Positions 27,829 through 37,752 of a stretch of DNA of 64,000 bases are shown here, piece after piece. Origin of the DNA: Candidatus Tayloriibacteriota bacterium (GTDB lineage: Bacteria > Patescibacteriota > Minisyncoccia > Phycocordibacterales > UBA6065). Numbering within the stretch: position 1 is the first letter of the stretch; each line of letters starts with the position of its first letter. The notes under the pieces were generated by a model, which did no database searches, had not been told where the DNA came from, and was given only the letters and a program-made list of their open reading frames with translations. Where the stretch lies: positions 124,898 through 188,897 of the forward strand of contig JACRJQ010000008.1 of the NCBI GenBank assembly GCA_016215405.1. The letters run 5' to 3'. The translations under genes and the position numbers were made by a program.

Positions 27829-28716
27829 CTATCGCGTAAGGACATATCCCCTTTCGTCTGAGGAGAACGTCACGTTCTTAGAGATGAAATAGCTCCGAAG
27901 CCCGAGGCTACCGGCGGTGAGGAGGTCGATGCCATCCTCGTAGGTTCGTATCTTGGTGAGCGAGGCTATCGGGTCCACGTCCATAGAGAGGATGCCTTCG
28001 ACCGCCCTCGAGAGGTAGGATATGCCGTTTATAAGGTCGATGTGGATCGATGCGGCATCCTGCGGTACCACCACCGATCTAAGCGACTCGGCGATATCTT
28101 GGTAGCGCTTCAGTATGAGTATGAGGCTCTCGACGTCGCCTTTTTCGCTCTCGTCGTTCATTATCCTCTCGAGGATGATGAGCTCTTGGTCTCCCGGCAC
28201 AGGTGGGACGGAAAGAGCCTTTCCTACCGCGTTTCCATAGGATTTAACGCGCGCGCGGCTCGTATCTGTCGTGACGGATATGTCGCTTGCTGTGATAAGG
28301 GGCATTTGCCCAGAATAGTCGTTCGAGAGGGCGAGCTCAGCGATCTTTTCGGCGGTGGCCTCGTCGATCTTTTCCCCGTTCTGTTTCGCCTGAGCATAGA
28401 GGGTGAAAAGCTCGCGAGCGAACCGGTCTGTCGCCGTGAGCTCTGCAGGCGTAGATGAGGCGTAAGCGTCCGGGTCGCCCGCCGTGCTCGTCGCAGAATC
28501 GATCCCTCCGAGGAGCTGGAGGCTTTTCTCCCAATCTATCTCGCCGTTCTTTATCGCCTCTTTGACGCTCGCATCGGCCAAGAGCCCGACCTGCTGTCTG
28601 AGATCTTCCTTTGGAGCGTTCTTTTGCGCGACCTTCATCGCTCCCGCTGCTCCAATCAAAAGGAGCGCGATGACGAGAGAGGCTCCGATCTTCGTCTTGA
28701 GAAACGCAAGAGGCAT
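27829..28716 (-). CDS. Membrane-anchored helical hypothetical protein
   Basis: Start re-placed at MPLAFLK (TATAAT 10 nt upstream); N-terminal TM helix. Confidence 0.7.
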   Translation of the reverse strand: MPLAFLKTKIGASLVIALLLIGAAGAMKVAQKNAPKEDLRQQVGLLADASVKEAIKNGEIDWEKSLQLLGGIDSATSTAGDPDAYASSTPAELTATDRFARELFTLYAQAKQNGEKIDEATAEKIAELALSNDYSGQMPLITASDISVTTDTSRARVKSYGNAVGKALSVPPVPGDQELIILERIMNDESEKGDVESLILILKRYQDIAESLRSVVVPQDAASIHIDLINGISYLSRAVEGILSMDVDPIASLTKIRTYEDGIDLLTAGSLGLRSYFISKNVTFSSDERGYVLTR

Positions 28717-28764
28717 TGCACAGAGATTATAGCAGGTATTCGAGAGGCGCGTTATACTTTTCTC

Positions 28765-29910
28765 ATGAATACTAGGCGCGCCCTGGCTCTTGTCGTCCTT
28801 CTCCTCGTCGCGATCGGCATATTTCTCTTTTTCTGGCTCTTTAAAAAAGACGCTTCTAACCCTGTCGCTCCTTTTCCAGATAGCGGCGCGCCGATATTCG
28901 GCGAATCGGGAGGATCCCTCCCGCCAGCCAACCCTCCGGCAGAAGGAGGCGCCTCGGAAGTGATCCTGCCTCCTACGCCTGAAGCCGCTCTTATCGCCTC
29001 CTGCGATTCGCCTGTATCTATAGAGAGGAACGATTGCGTGAAAAAGGCCGCAGTAAAGGCCCAGAATCAATCTCTGTGCGCGGCCATCCTCGGGACCTTA
29101 GGCCAGACCGATTGTAGGAACGCCGTTTTGCGCACCGAAGATAAGATCGCAGATATCTCTATGGATGCGACCGTACGTTATGATTTCGAGTTCGCCGAAC
29201 CTGTCGTCGCTCCGGCCGAACCTGTCGATACGATATCGACGAGGCTCGCAGAGGCGTTCGAAAAGGCCGCCGACGCGGTGCGGGAGGCGAGGCAGAACCC
29301 GGACCCGAGATATACCGCGGACGGCTTCATCGCCCGATTCAGCTCGTCGTCGCCAATGCTCTATTCGTTCTCGAGGTCTCAGGCTTTGCCTGGAACCGAG
29401 CTCGTCGCCCAAGGCCTCGGCTTCACGAAGACCGGCAATGAGATCCATATCGGAAACTATGCCGTGTCGGGACTCGCGAGCGCCGACGGCATGACGATCA
29501 GGTTCACCCTTCCCGGCAGCATGGAATACGGGACGTACGATACCTGGGTGACGAACGAGAGAGGCTCGAGTAGGAACATGAGCCAGCCGATACGGCTCAC
29601 GATCACCGATTCGCCGCTCTCGCCGCCTACGATAACAGGCATCTCCCCTAGCGTTCCGACACTCTCTGACACCGTCACTGTCTATGGCAGCAATCTACGG
29701 GGGGCGCTCGGCATCTATACCTCTCTCGGCGTGCTTGAGAATGTCTATGCAGGAGACTCGTCTTTGACTTTCAAGATAAGCGACTTCCCCATGATCGAGA
29801 AGATAAAGGATATAAAGGGAGTGAAGGGGAATCTTGTCGCCGTCACCCTCATCGTCGGCACGCCGCAGGGATACAACCAGGAACCTTTCTTATTTAATGT
29901 ACAATTCTGA
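28765..29910 (+). CDS. Membrane-anchored protein with Cys motif and IPT/TIG-like domains
   Basis: Start MNTRR after TATACT; TM helix; C..C..C..C motif; GLGFT..N.I.IG and PTITGISP IPT-like repeats. Confidence 0.72.
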   Translation: MNTRRALALVVLLLVAIGIFLFFWLFKKDASNPVAPFPDSGAPIFGESGGSLPPANPPAEGGASEVILPPTPEAALIASCDSPVSIERNDCVKKAAVKAQNQSLCAAILGTLGQTDCRNAVLRTEDKIADISMDATVRYDFEFAEPVVAPAEPVDTISTRLAEAFEKAADAVREARQNPDPRYTADGFIARFSSSSPMLYSFSRSQALPGTELVAQGLGFTKTGNEIHIGNYAVSGLASADGMTIRFTLPGSMEYGTYDTWVTNERGSSRNMSQPIRLTITDSPLSPPTITGISPSVPTLSDTVTVYGSNLRGALGIYTSLGVLENVYAGDSSLTFKISDFPMIEKIKDIKGVKGNLVAVTLIVGTPQGYNQEPFLFNVQF

Positions 29911-29911
29911 T

Positions 29912-30325
29912 ATGAAACCTTTCGCGCACAAGCTTCTTGCTGTATCTGTCGGGATCTCTATCATCGCGTTCTTCGCCTACCCTCTCAGAGCGAAGGCGGT
30001 GATCCCTCCTCTTTTAAGCTACGGCGGCGCGAACATATTCTCTATTCCCTGTACCTGCAGTTTCAGCTCATGGTCCTTTTACGCCCCCCTCTATCTCTCT
30101 TCGATTCCTATGGCAGGCCCTATAGCGTATGTTCCCGGAGCGAGCTGGCTTTTCGCGAATTTCATTCCGCCCTTTAACCTATACGCAGATTACGAAGGAG
30201 CATTTCTTCCGGGAGTCCAGGCTTGCTGGATGTATGCCGGATTCTTCTGCTTCCCTCTTCCGTCCTTAGGCGTCACCGCGTTTACCGGAACAGGACTTCC
30301 CGGAAGCGGCGCTCCCGGTATCTAG
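29912..30325 (+). CDS. Small secreted Cys-containing hypothetical protein
   Basis: Signal peptide ending AKA; YGG...PCTCS...ACW...CFP...GTG. Confidence 0.7.
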   Translation: MKPFAHKLLAVSVGISIIAFFAYPLRAKAVIPPLLSYGGANIFSIPCTCSFSSWSFYAPLYLSSIPMAGPIAYVPGASWLFANFIPPFNLYADYEGAFLPGVQACWMYAGFFCFPLPSLGVTAFTGTGLPGSGAPGI

Positions 30326-31104
30326 GCCCTCTTTGAGAGAGCGAGCCATTTGTCGAGCGGAAAGTCCTCGGCTCGAGCATTCTCTCCTATACCGAGCTCG
30401 GCGAACATCTCGCCGAGCTTTTCTTTAGGCGAGACGGACGAGAGGTTGGAGAGGAGCTTCTTCCTCTTTTGGGCGAAGCCTGCTTTCACGACCTCGAAGA
30501 ACCTCTCTTCTTCGCGTTTGTTGGCGAAAGGGCTTCGGATATCCGAGAGCTTGAGCACGGCTGAGTCCACGTTAGGTATGGGAAAGAAATTGCCGCGAGA
30601 GACGGACATGACGAGAGAGGGCTTCGCGTACGCTTTGATCGAAAGCGAGAGGATGCTCTCCTTTCCGTCTCGCGCGATGACGCGCTCCGCGACCTCTTTC
30701 TGGACCATGAGGACCATGAGAGCGGGCTTAGCCTCGGCCGAGAGGAAATTCCTCGCGATCGCTCCGGTGATGTAGTACGGGATGTTCGCTATGACCTTAT
30801 ATCCTTTCGCAAGGCCCAGGGAAGCCGCATCCTTATCCATGATGTCGCCGTGGACGATGCTGAGGGCGCCTCGGGAGACGTCCATGGAGAACGTCTCGTG
30901 CAGGATAGGGATAAGCCGGTCGTCTTTCTCGACGGCTACGACCCGAGCTCCCCTTTCGAGGAGAGCTTTCGTAAGGACCCCTTTTCCCGGTCCGATCTCA
31001 AGGACCGTCTCGCCCTCTCGTATATCGCCCGCGTCCGCGATGGCGCCTGTGACGCGCGGGGATATAAGGAAATTCTGTCCGAGGGACTTCTTTGCGAATG
31101 CCAT
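30322..31104 (-). CDS. rsmA: 16S rRNA m6,2A1518/1519 dimethyltransferase
   Basis: KKSLGQNFL, LEIGPGKG, ANIPYYIT, MVQKEVA, PNVDSAV; start at MAFAKK. Confidence 0.95.
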   Translation of the reverse strand: MAFAKKSLGQNFLISPRVTGAIADAGDIREGETVLEIGPGKGVLTKALLERGARVVAVEKDDRLIPILHETFSMDVSRGALSIVHGDIMDKDAASLGLAKGYKVIANIPYYITGAIARNFLSAEAKPALMVLMVQKEVAERVIARDGKESILSLSIKAYAKPSLVMSVSRGNFFPIPNVDSAVLKLSDIRSPFANKREEERFFEVVKAGFAQKRKKLLSNLSSVSPKEKLGEMFAELGIGENARAEDFPLDKWLALSKRA

Positions 31105-31111
31105 ACCGGCA

Positions 31112-33052
31112 CTATATATCAAAATAGATGACTTTGCCTCCCGACGAATGCCTCTCTTCCTCTTCGAGATGCTTTTCTGGTATGTCGAAGACGAATTCCG
31201 ACGGGACCGCGACCTGTCTCGAGCCGAATATGGTGCGGATCGAGGCGTGTGACATGAATATCTTCTTTTTCGCCCGCGTGATCGCGACATAGAAGAGCCT
31301 GCGCTCCTCCTCGTCGTCGCGCTTCTCCCTTTTCGACTCCATGGCGCGATGGGGAAAGAGGTCTTGCTCGAGGCCGGTTATGAACACATATTGGAACTCT
31401 AGGCCCTTCGACGCGTGGACCGTCATGAGGCGCACTGCGGGCTTGTCTTCCTCCATCTCGTCCTGGTCGGTGGCGAGAGCGGCGTCCTCGAGGAGCTTGG
31501 AGAGGCCTTCTCCTGGGATCATGAAATCGTATTTTGTCGCGAGGGTCGCGAGCTCGTAGACGTTCTCGAGCCGCTCTAAATCCTCGTCGGCGCCGCTCTT
31601 GAAGAGGTCTTCGAGGCCTGTTCGCTTCACTACGAATCGGACGAGGTCCGAGGCCTTCTCGGCCTGAGATTTTTTCGCTATATCGTCGAGGATCTCATTG
31701 AACGACCTCCACTTCTCCGCATGCGAGGCGGAGAGGCTGTCTATCATCCCTGAGAAGATCTTCGCTATGGTGACCTTCCCTATCCCGCGAGCCGGGACGT
31801 TGATTATCCTCTGGAGGTCGGAGAGCGAATCGCGGTTGAGAGCCGCTCTTATATACGAGAGCACGTCTTTGACCTCCTTTCTCTCGAAGAATTTGACCCC
31901 AAGGACCTGATACGCGACGCCTCGCGAGAGCATCGCCTCTTCGAGCGCTCGCGATTGGAAGTTGGCGCGATAAAGCACGGCTATCTCGCTCGGGTCGACG
32001 CCCTTTTCTATGAGGCTTTGTGCCTTTTCCGCGACGAACCTAGCCTCGTCTCCCTCGTCGTAGGCCTGATAGAGGGCGATCTTCTCCCCCTCGCCCTTCC
32101 TTGTGAACAAGTTCTTCTCGAAGCGGTTCTTGTTCTTCTTGATTATATGGTTCGCGACCTCGAGTATCGTCTGGGTAGAGCGGTAATTCTCTTCGAGGAC
32201 GACCATGGTCGCTCCCGGGTAGTCCTTTTCGAAAGACAGGATATTCTTTATATCCGCCCCTCGCCAGCTGTAGATGTTCTGGTCGACGTCTCCCACGACG
32301 CAGATGTTCTTGTGGCCGCCCGATATGAGCCGCGCCATCTTGTATTGGACCTTGTTCGTATCCTGGTACTCGTCTATATGCACGTATCTCCATCTGTCCT
32401 GGTAGCGCGCTCGGATGTCCTCGTTCTTCTCGAGGAGCTCGGCGGCCTTCAATAAGAGGTCGTCGAAGTCGAGGGCCTTTTCTTTGCGCAAAGAAGCCTC
32501 GTATTTCTGCCAGACGCTGTGCACGACCTCCCTCATATAATCGTTTCCCACCGACTCGGCGAACCTGTGTATATCGGTCGAATTGCCCTTTTCTCGGGAG
32601 ATTATAGAGAGGATGGTGTTCGGCTCGTACTGCTTTGGGTCGAGGCCGAGCTCTACGATGGCGTCTTTTACGGCCCTGCGGCTATCCGATCTGTCGAAAA
32701 TGGTGAAGTGGCGGGTAAGCCCGAGCCTTTGGGCGTTCTCCTTTATGATATGGACGCCTAGGGAGTGAAACGTCGAAACGAACGGCCTTTCCTCGAATGA
32801 GATAGGGGCGTTAAGGCTCTTGTCCTCAGAGAGGAGTTTCCAGACCCTCTCTCGCATCTCTTTCGCTGCTTTGTTCGTAAAGGTGATCGCGAGGATGGAG
32901 TTTGGGGCGATTCCTTGCCGGATAAGGTGAAGGATGCGGTACGTTATGGTCTTTGTCTTGCCGGCTCCTGCTCCGGCGAGGATAAGGAGGGGTCCGTCGG
33001 TCTTAAGGACCGCTTGCCTCTGCTTTTCGTTAAGAGAGTCGAGATGATTCAC
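31112..33052 (-). CDS. pcrA: UvrD/PcrA ATP-dependent DNA helicase
   Basis: AGAGAGKT, TFTNKAA, DEYQDTN, GDVDQNIYSWRGA, LEENYRS, TVHASKGLEF, EERRLFYVAITRA. Confidence 0.96.
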   Translation of the reverse strand: MNHLDSLNEKQRQAVLKTDGPLLILAGAGAGKTKTITYRILHLIRQGIAPNSILAITFTNKAAKEMRERVWKLLSEDKSLNAPISFEERPFVSTFHSLGVHIIKENAQRLGLTRHFTIFDRSDSRRAVKDAIVELGLDPKQYEPNTILSIISREKGNSTDIHRFAESVGNDYMREVVHSVWQKYEASLRKEKALDFDDLLLKAAELLEKNEDIRARYQDRWRYVHIDEYQDTNKVQYKMARLISGGHKNICVVGDVDQNIYSWRGADIKNILSFEKDYPGATMVVLEENYRSTQTILEVANHIIKKNKNRFEKNLFTRKGEGEKIALYQAYDEGDEARFVAEKAQSLIEKGVDPSEIAVLYRANFQSRALEEAMLSRGVAYQVLGVKFFERKEVKDVLSYIRAALNRDSLSDLQRIINVPARGIGKVTIAKIFSGMIDSLSASHAEKWRSFNEILDDIAKKSQAEKASDLVRFVVKRTGLEDLFKSGADEDLERLENVYELATLATKYDFMIPGEGLSKLLEDAALATDQDEMEEDKPAVRLMTVHASKGLEFQYVFITGLEQDLFPHRAMESKREKRDDEEERRLFYVAITRAKKKIFMSHASIRTIFGSRQVAVPSEFVFDIPEKHLEEEERHSSGGKVIYFDI

Positions 33053-33225
33053 CGAGACATCATAACATGTTTAGAGCAATTCTTATTAAAAGGCCTTGTT
33101 GAGCCGTATATTTGGCACTCTGCCCCTCTGTCAAGCGGTTGGGGATATCGAGTGGAAAAGAAAGTTGACGTAGGGTGGGCATCGGGTATAGTTATGGGGC
33201 ACCGAAACGGCGGAACTCCCGAAAT

Positions 33226-34362
33226 ATGGCTCAACAGAGCCATAAATTCAGAAAAACGAGGCGAATTCAGGATAAAGCAAGCACTATTTCTAGGATTCTC
33301 ACAGAACTTTCAACCCAGTCGGTTCGTATTGTGGGTTCGAAAGCAAATATATGGCTTAACATCGGGCTTTGCACGGCAAAGCTTACTTTCTTTTATGCAG
33401 CCATAGTATCCCCGATAACCGCCTACGCAGGCGTGTTTTCGTTCTTGTCGAACGCCATACATAGCAAAGAGGCCGATGCCGGGGTAAGCCCTGTCACCTC
33501 TCAGACTATGGGAATCCTCGAAGCGAGGATCGGTCCTTCGGCCGTCGCTCCTACGGGCGGAGCCGAGATAGCCATGGTCGATGGAAGCGCTCTCATCCAG
33601 GAGGTGGGGGTAAACGGCACCCAAGCCGACCTTTCCGAGTCGCGTTCGACCCAGATCAGCCTCTATGTCGTGCGCCAGGGGGATTCGCTCTCCCAGATAG
33701 CGAAGATGTTCGGCGTTTCCGTAAATACCATAGTTTGGGCGAATAACGTAAAAGGGCCTATTCGAGAGGGCGACGAGCTCGTCATCTTGCCTATCTCGGG
33801 AGTCGCTCACACCGTCGCCAAGGGCGACACCATCCGCTCTATAGCCACGAAATACAAGGCGGATATCGACGAGATCCTTTCATATAACGACCTTAAGGCT
33901 TCCGACTCCCTCGCCGTAGGAGCCAAGCTCATCATCCCTGACGGCGAAGTAAAGGCCACACCGCTCGTATCCTCGTCGGCTACCTCGGCTGTAAGGAGCG
34001 CGGGAGGCCCTCTTTATAAGGACTATTACCTGAGGCCTATCTCGGGAGGGTCGAGAAGCCAGGGCCTTCACGGCCTTAACGCCGTCGACCTCGCCGCTCC
34101 TACCGGAACGCCTATCTATGCGGCCGCCGACGGTATCGTGATCGTGGCTCGATCTTCCGGCTATAACGGCGGATACGGCTCGTATGTCGTCATCTCGCAC
34201 GCGAACGGCACTCAGACCCTCTACGCCCACATGAGCAAGGTTTCCGTGTCGTCAGGCTCTCCTGTCGGCAAAGGAGAAGTCATCGGAAACGTCGGAAATA
34301 CCGGAAAATCGACCGGGCCGCACGTTCATTTCGAGATCCGCGGGGCAGCCAATCCTTTCTAA
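33226..34362 (+). CDS. LysM + M23 family peptidoglycan endopeptidase
   Basis: Two LysM repeats (YVVRQGDSLSQIA, HTVAKGDTI), HGLNAVD, TLYAH, GKSTGPHVHFE; start uncertain; promoter TTGACG-16-TATAGT at 33165-33192. Confidence 0.9.
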   Translation: MAQQSHKFRKTRRIQDKASTISRILTELSTQSVRIVGSKANIWLNIGLCTAKLTFFYAAIVSPITAYAGVFSFLSNAIHSKEADAGVSPVTSQTMGILEARIGPSAVAPTGGAEIAMVDGSALIQEVGVNGTQADLSESRSTQISLYVVRQGDSLSQIAKMFGVSVNTIVWANNVKGPIREGDELVILPISGVAHTVAKGDTIRSIATKYKADIDEILSYNDLKASDSLAVGAKLIIPDGEVKATPLVSSSATSAVRSAGGPLYKDYYLRPISGGSRSQGLHGLNAVDLAAPTGTPIYAAADGIVIVARSSGYNGGYGSYVVISHANGTQTLYAHMSKVSVSSGSPVGKGEVIGNVGNTGKSTGPHVHFEIRGAANPF

Positions 34363-34401
34363 GATACAGACAAAAAGCCGCCGGCGGATGCCGGCGGCTT
34401 T

Positions 34402-35976
34402 TTAATCGAGCTTGAAATGCTTTTGCCTATACTGAAGCGCTTCGAGGACATGTTGGGGCTCTATCGAATCGGACCCTTCGATATCCGCTATGGTCCGGGC
34501 GAGCTTCACCGTCCTGTGATAGCCGCGGCCCGATAGGTCGTGCGCCTTGGCCGCCTTGTTGAGAGATTCCTCGGCCGCTTCCGATAGGTTCGCCGCTTTC
34601 GCGATGTCTCTGGCGTTGACCGAGGAGTTCGATACGGCGTCTATGCCGAGCTCTGCGAACCTCTTTATCTGCCTTTCTCGCGCTTTTGCCACTTTCGTTC
34701 GAGCGATTTCCGTCTCTTGAGAGCCGACACGCTTTCGCATGAGCTTGTCGTGATCTACCCTCGATACCTCTATCCACATATCGATACGGTCCATGATAGG
34801 TCCGGAGATCTTCCGTTCGTATCTCGCGATATCGCGCGGCGCGCAGGCGCAGGTCTTTCCCTTTATCCCCCTGTTGCCGCAAGGGCAGGGGTTGAGGGCG
34901 GCCACCAAGATGAAATGGGCAGGAAAGCGGGCCGTCCCCTTCGCCCTCGAAACGGTCACCACTCTGTCTTCGAGCGGTTGCCGCAGGGCCTCGATCACCC
35001 TTTTCTCGAATTCAGGGAATTCGTCGAGAAAGAGGATGCCTCTATGCGCGAGCGTTATCTCGCCGGGTTTGGGAACCGCTCCGCCGCCTACGAGCGATAC
35101 GTAAGAGGACGTATGATGGGGCGCCCGGACAGGAGCTCTCGTCACAAGGCTCTCTTCGAGGCAGCCTGCGACCGAATGTATCTCCGTCACCTCGAGCATC
35201 TCTTCGAAGGAGAGGGGCGGCAGTATGCTCTGGAGCGCGCGTGCGAGCATGGTCTTCCCTGTTCCGGGCGGACCGAAGAGCGCGATGTTGTGCCTGCCGG
35301 CCGCCGCGATGACGAGCCCTCGCTTCGCCGCTTCCTGTCCGATGACGTCGTCGAGTTCGGACCTCCTGTCGGCCTCGACGACGAGGCTCGAAGGGTCTAT
35401 CGTCGCGACGGGCGAGAGCGCGTCCTCGGAGGCTTTCTCTCCAGAGGGAGACGCTTTTGGGTCGAGATGGCTCAGGACGTCTTTGAGGCGCTTCGCGCCG
35501 TAGACCTCGATGCCATCTATGACCGCGGCTTCGGCGGCATTATCGGAAGGCAGGTACACCTCTTTTATCCCGAGGGACTTCGCGAGGCGCGCGTATGCGA
35601 GCGCTCCGTCTATGGGCCTGAGCGTTCCGTCGAGCGCGAGCTCGCCGATGAAGAGCTTGCCCTCCGGCTCGAATCTCGCCTCTCCCGACGCGAGCAGGTA
35701 CGAGAGGGCGATAGGCAGGTCGAAGGCAGGACCTTCTTTTTTGAGGTCCGCGGGCGCGAGTGATACGACGATCTTCGCGTTGGTCGATTTCGGAGACTTG
35801 AACCCAGAGTTCTTTATGGCCGCAGATACCCTGTCTCGAGACTCCTCGACCGCCTTGTCCGGCAGGCCTACGAGAGAGAACGAATGGAGGGCTCCGTTCG
35901 ATATGTCGGTCTCTACCGATATGAGATGCGCCTTGAGCAGATGGCTCTGGGCGCTCGATACTTTCGCGAAGCTCAT
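34402..35976 (-). CDS. comM: ComM/YifB Mg-chelatase-like AAA+ ATPase
   Basis: VGLPDKAVEESRDRV, GPPGTGKTMLA, RAPHHT, PGEITLAHRGILFLDEFPEF, NPCPCG. Confidence 0.93.
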   Translation of the reverse strand: MSFAKVSSAQSHLLKAHLISVETDISNGALHSFSLVGLPDKAVEESRDRVSAAIKNSGFKSPKSTNAKIVVSLAPADLKKEGPAFDLPIALSYLLASGEARFEPEGKLFIGELALDGTLRPIDGALAYARLAKSLGIKEVYLPSDNAAEAAVIDGIEVYGAKRLKDVLSHLDPKASPSGEKASEDALSPVATIDPSSLVVEADRRSELDDVIGQEAAKRGLVIAAAGRHNIALFGPPGTGKTMLARALQSILPPLSFEEMLEVTEIHSVAGCLEESLVTRAPVRAPHHTSSYVSLVGGGAVPKPGEITLAHRGILFLDEFPEFEKRVIEALRQPLEDRVVTVSRAKGTARFPAHFILVAALNPCPCGNRGIKGKTCACAPRDIARYERKISGPIMDRIDMWIEVSRVDHDKLMRKRVGSQETEIARTKVAKARERQIKRFAELGIDAVSNSSVNARDIAKAANLSEAAEESLNKAAKAHDLSGRGYHRTVKLARTIADIEGSDSIEPQHVLEALQYRQKHFKLD

Positions 35977-36049
35977 GGAGAGAGCCTATCAGGAGAAGAT
36001 AAAGGAAAAATAAAAGCCCGCGCCTTTGGCGCGGGCTTTTATCGCATGG

Positions 36050-36430
36050 CTAGAGCTGATGCTCCTTATGGGCGAGGCAGGTCCGAGCTGCCGGATTCGC
36101 TTCGAGCCTCTCTTTTTCGATAGGCTCGTTCCCTACTTCGCAGATCCCGTAAGCGCCTTTCTTTATCTTCTCTAAGGCGAGCTTAACGTCGTTGTATTGC
36201 TTCTCGAGGGGCTTCAATATAGCCGTGTTCGATTCATAGCTTCCTATATTGTCCGCTATGTCGGCGAGGTCGGATGCGTTTATGTCTACGACGCCCGAAG
36301 ACGGCTCCCAGTCCTTTGGGTTGTCGGGATTGACGTGGCCTACGCTTCTAAGCTCGGCCTCGAGCGTCTTAAGCTCCTTTTCGAGCTTGGTCTTGAAATA
36401 TCCGGCGTCTATGTTCGTCTGTTTCTTCAT
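36050..36430 (-). CDS. TraR/DksA-family protein
   Basis: Coiled coil with DLADIAD, ALEKIKKGAYGICE, ERLEANPAARTC. Confidence 0.85.
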   Translation of the reverse strand: MKKQTNIDAGYFKTKLEKELKTLEAELRSVGHVNPDNPKDWEPSSGVVDINASDLADIADNIGSYESNTAILKPLEKQYNDVKLALEKIKKGAYGICEVGNEPIEKERLEANPAARTCLAHKEHQL

Positions 36431-36471
36431 GGTTGTTTATGATGCTGGCCCTATGATAGCGGTAATCGGGG

Positions 36472-37740
36472 CTACTGTATAGTACGCACCGCGAGTATCC
36501 TGTCGAGCAGGTATTTGAGGCTGTTGACGCTCGTCGTGAGGGCGATGGTGTCTTTGTCCGCAAAGGCGTAGACGAGTATGACCTCCCCGTTCTTGTTCTT
36601 GAGGGCCCTGGCATCCACGTTCGAAACCACCATGTCTTCGAAGCGGTCGGTCTCCGGGGTTATCGTCTCTTCCGGCCTAGGTATCCGGATGAAGGAAAGG
36701 AGGTCGTTGCGCATCTCTTTCTCCCATTCGAGCATCCCAGCGAACGCGTTCTGGAAGAAGGTGTTCTTGAGGAGGATGAACGGGCTCTCAGAGTCGTAGA
36801 CATAGAGGCCGAGCATGTACTCGCCTCCGAGGGATCTCGCGAGCCTCGACGGCATCTTTGTCTGCGCGAACACGCTCGAGACGGGCGCTGCGGTCGCCGC
36901 TCCCGCAGACTCTACCGGTATGAGTGCGTAGACGTTTCCGAGGCCGGGATTCGATACCGCGAGCTTCGCCGATATGAGCGCGAGAGGGTCGCTCTCCGCC
37001 TCGAGCGTCACTACCGCCGCTTTAGAGTAGGGTATGAGGGTCCTTATCTGGATCGCGGTCGCGGCCTCTTGCGGCGCGCTTTCTTGCGAGGTGAGGAACC
37101 AGTAGTACCAACCCGCGCCGATGAGGGCGATGAGGGCGAAGGCGCCGAGTATGAACGCTTTCGGGGAGGAGCGCTTCTCTTCGTCGTATTCGATAGGCGT
37201 CGATTCTTGCCTCTTTTTCTCGGCGGCGACAGCGATATCTACGGTCGATACGTTCTGATATCGGATCGCTTCCTCGGCGTCGCTTTTGAAGGTGCGCAGT
37301 GGCTTTATGGAGGGGTCGTTCTTGCTGTCGGGCTTTCCATCGAACGTAGGCCTCGCGGTCTCGGTCTTGAGGATGCCTGCTATCTCTCCTTGGAGAGACG
37401 CCGAAGGGGCGCTTTGCGCCGGAGCCGGGCTTTGAAGGCTTCCCTCAGGACGTGCTGCGAATGGGTCTTTCGGCGCTGGAGCTTGCGGCCCTAAGGGTCG
37501 AGGCTCGGGCCTCGGGTACGGGCGGGGCGCCTCTGAAGGCTTTGAGAATCGGTTTTCTGGGCGCGAAGGAGCCGGCCGCGCCTGGGAGGGCGTCGGAGTT
37601 ATCTCTGCCGATATATAGCTGTCTACAGCCATGTCGGAACTCACGATGTCTATGCCTTCTGCGTGAAGGTCAGCCACCGCCGCTTTTTCCTGTTCTTTCG
37701 CCTTCGCGTCGTCCTGGACGCTGTTCTCGTTGGGTTCCAT
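36472..37740 (-). CDS. Single-pass membrane hypothetical protein
   Basis: Pro-rich N-terminus, LRTFKSD motif, TM helix, AFAGMLEWE motif. Confidence 0.75.
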   Translation of the reverse strand: MEPNENSVQDDAKAKEQEKAAVADLHAEGIDIVSSDMAVDSYISAEITPTPSQARPAPSRPENRFSKPSEAPRPYPRPEPRPLGPQAPAPKDPFAARPEGSLQSPAPAQSAPSASLQGEIAGILKTETARPTFDGKPDSKNDPSIKPLRTFKSDAEEAIRYQNVSTVDIAVAAEKKRQESTPIEYDEEKRSSPKAFILGAFALIALIGAGWYYWFLTSQESAPQEAATAIQIRTLIPYSKAAVVTLEAESDPLALISAKLAVSNPGLGNVYALIPVESAGAATAAPVSSVFAQTKMPSRLARSLGGEYMLGLYVYDSESPFILLKNTFFQNAFAGMLEWEKEMRNDLLSFIRIPRPEETITPETDRFEDMVVSNVDARALKNKNGEVILVYAFADKDTIALTTSVNSLKYLLDRILAVRTIQ

Positions 37741-37752
37741 GAGGCTATTATA

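Noticed and set aside
34402-35976. Magnesium chelatase subunit (chlorophyll synthesis)
   Set aside because: Architecture (Lon-like N-domain, RAPHH, NPCPCG) is the ComM/YifB family; no tetrapyrrole genes nearby
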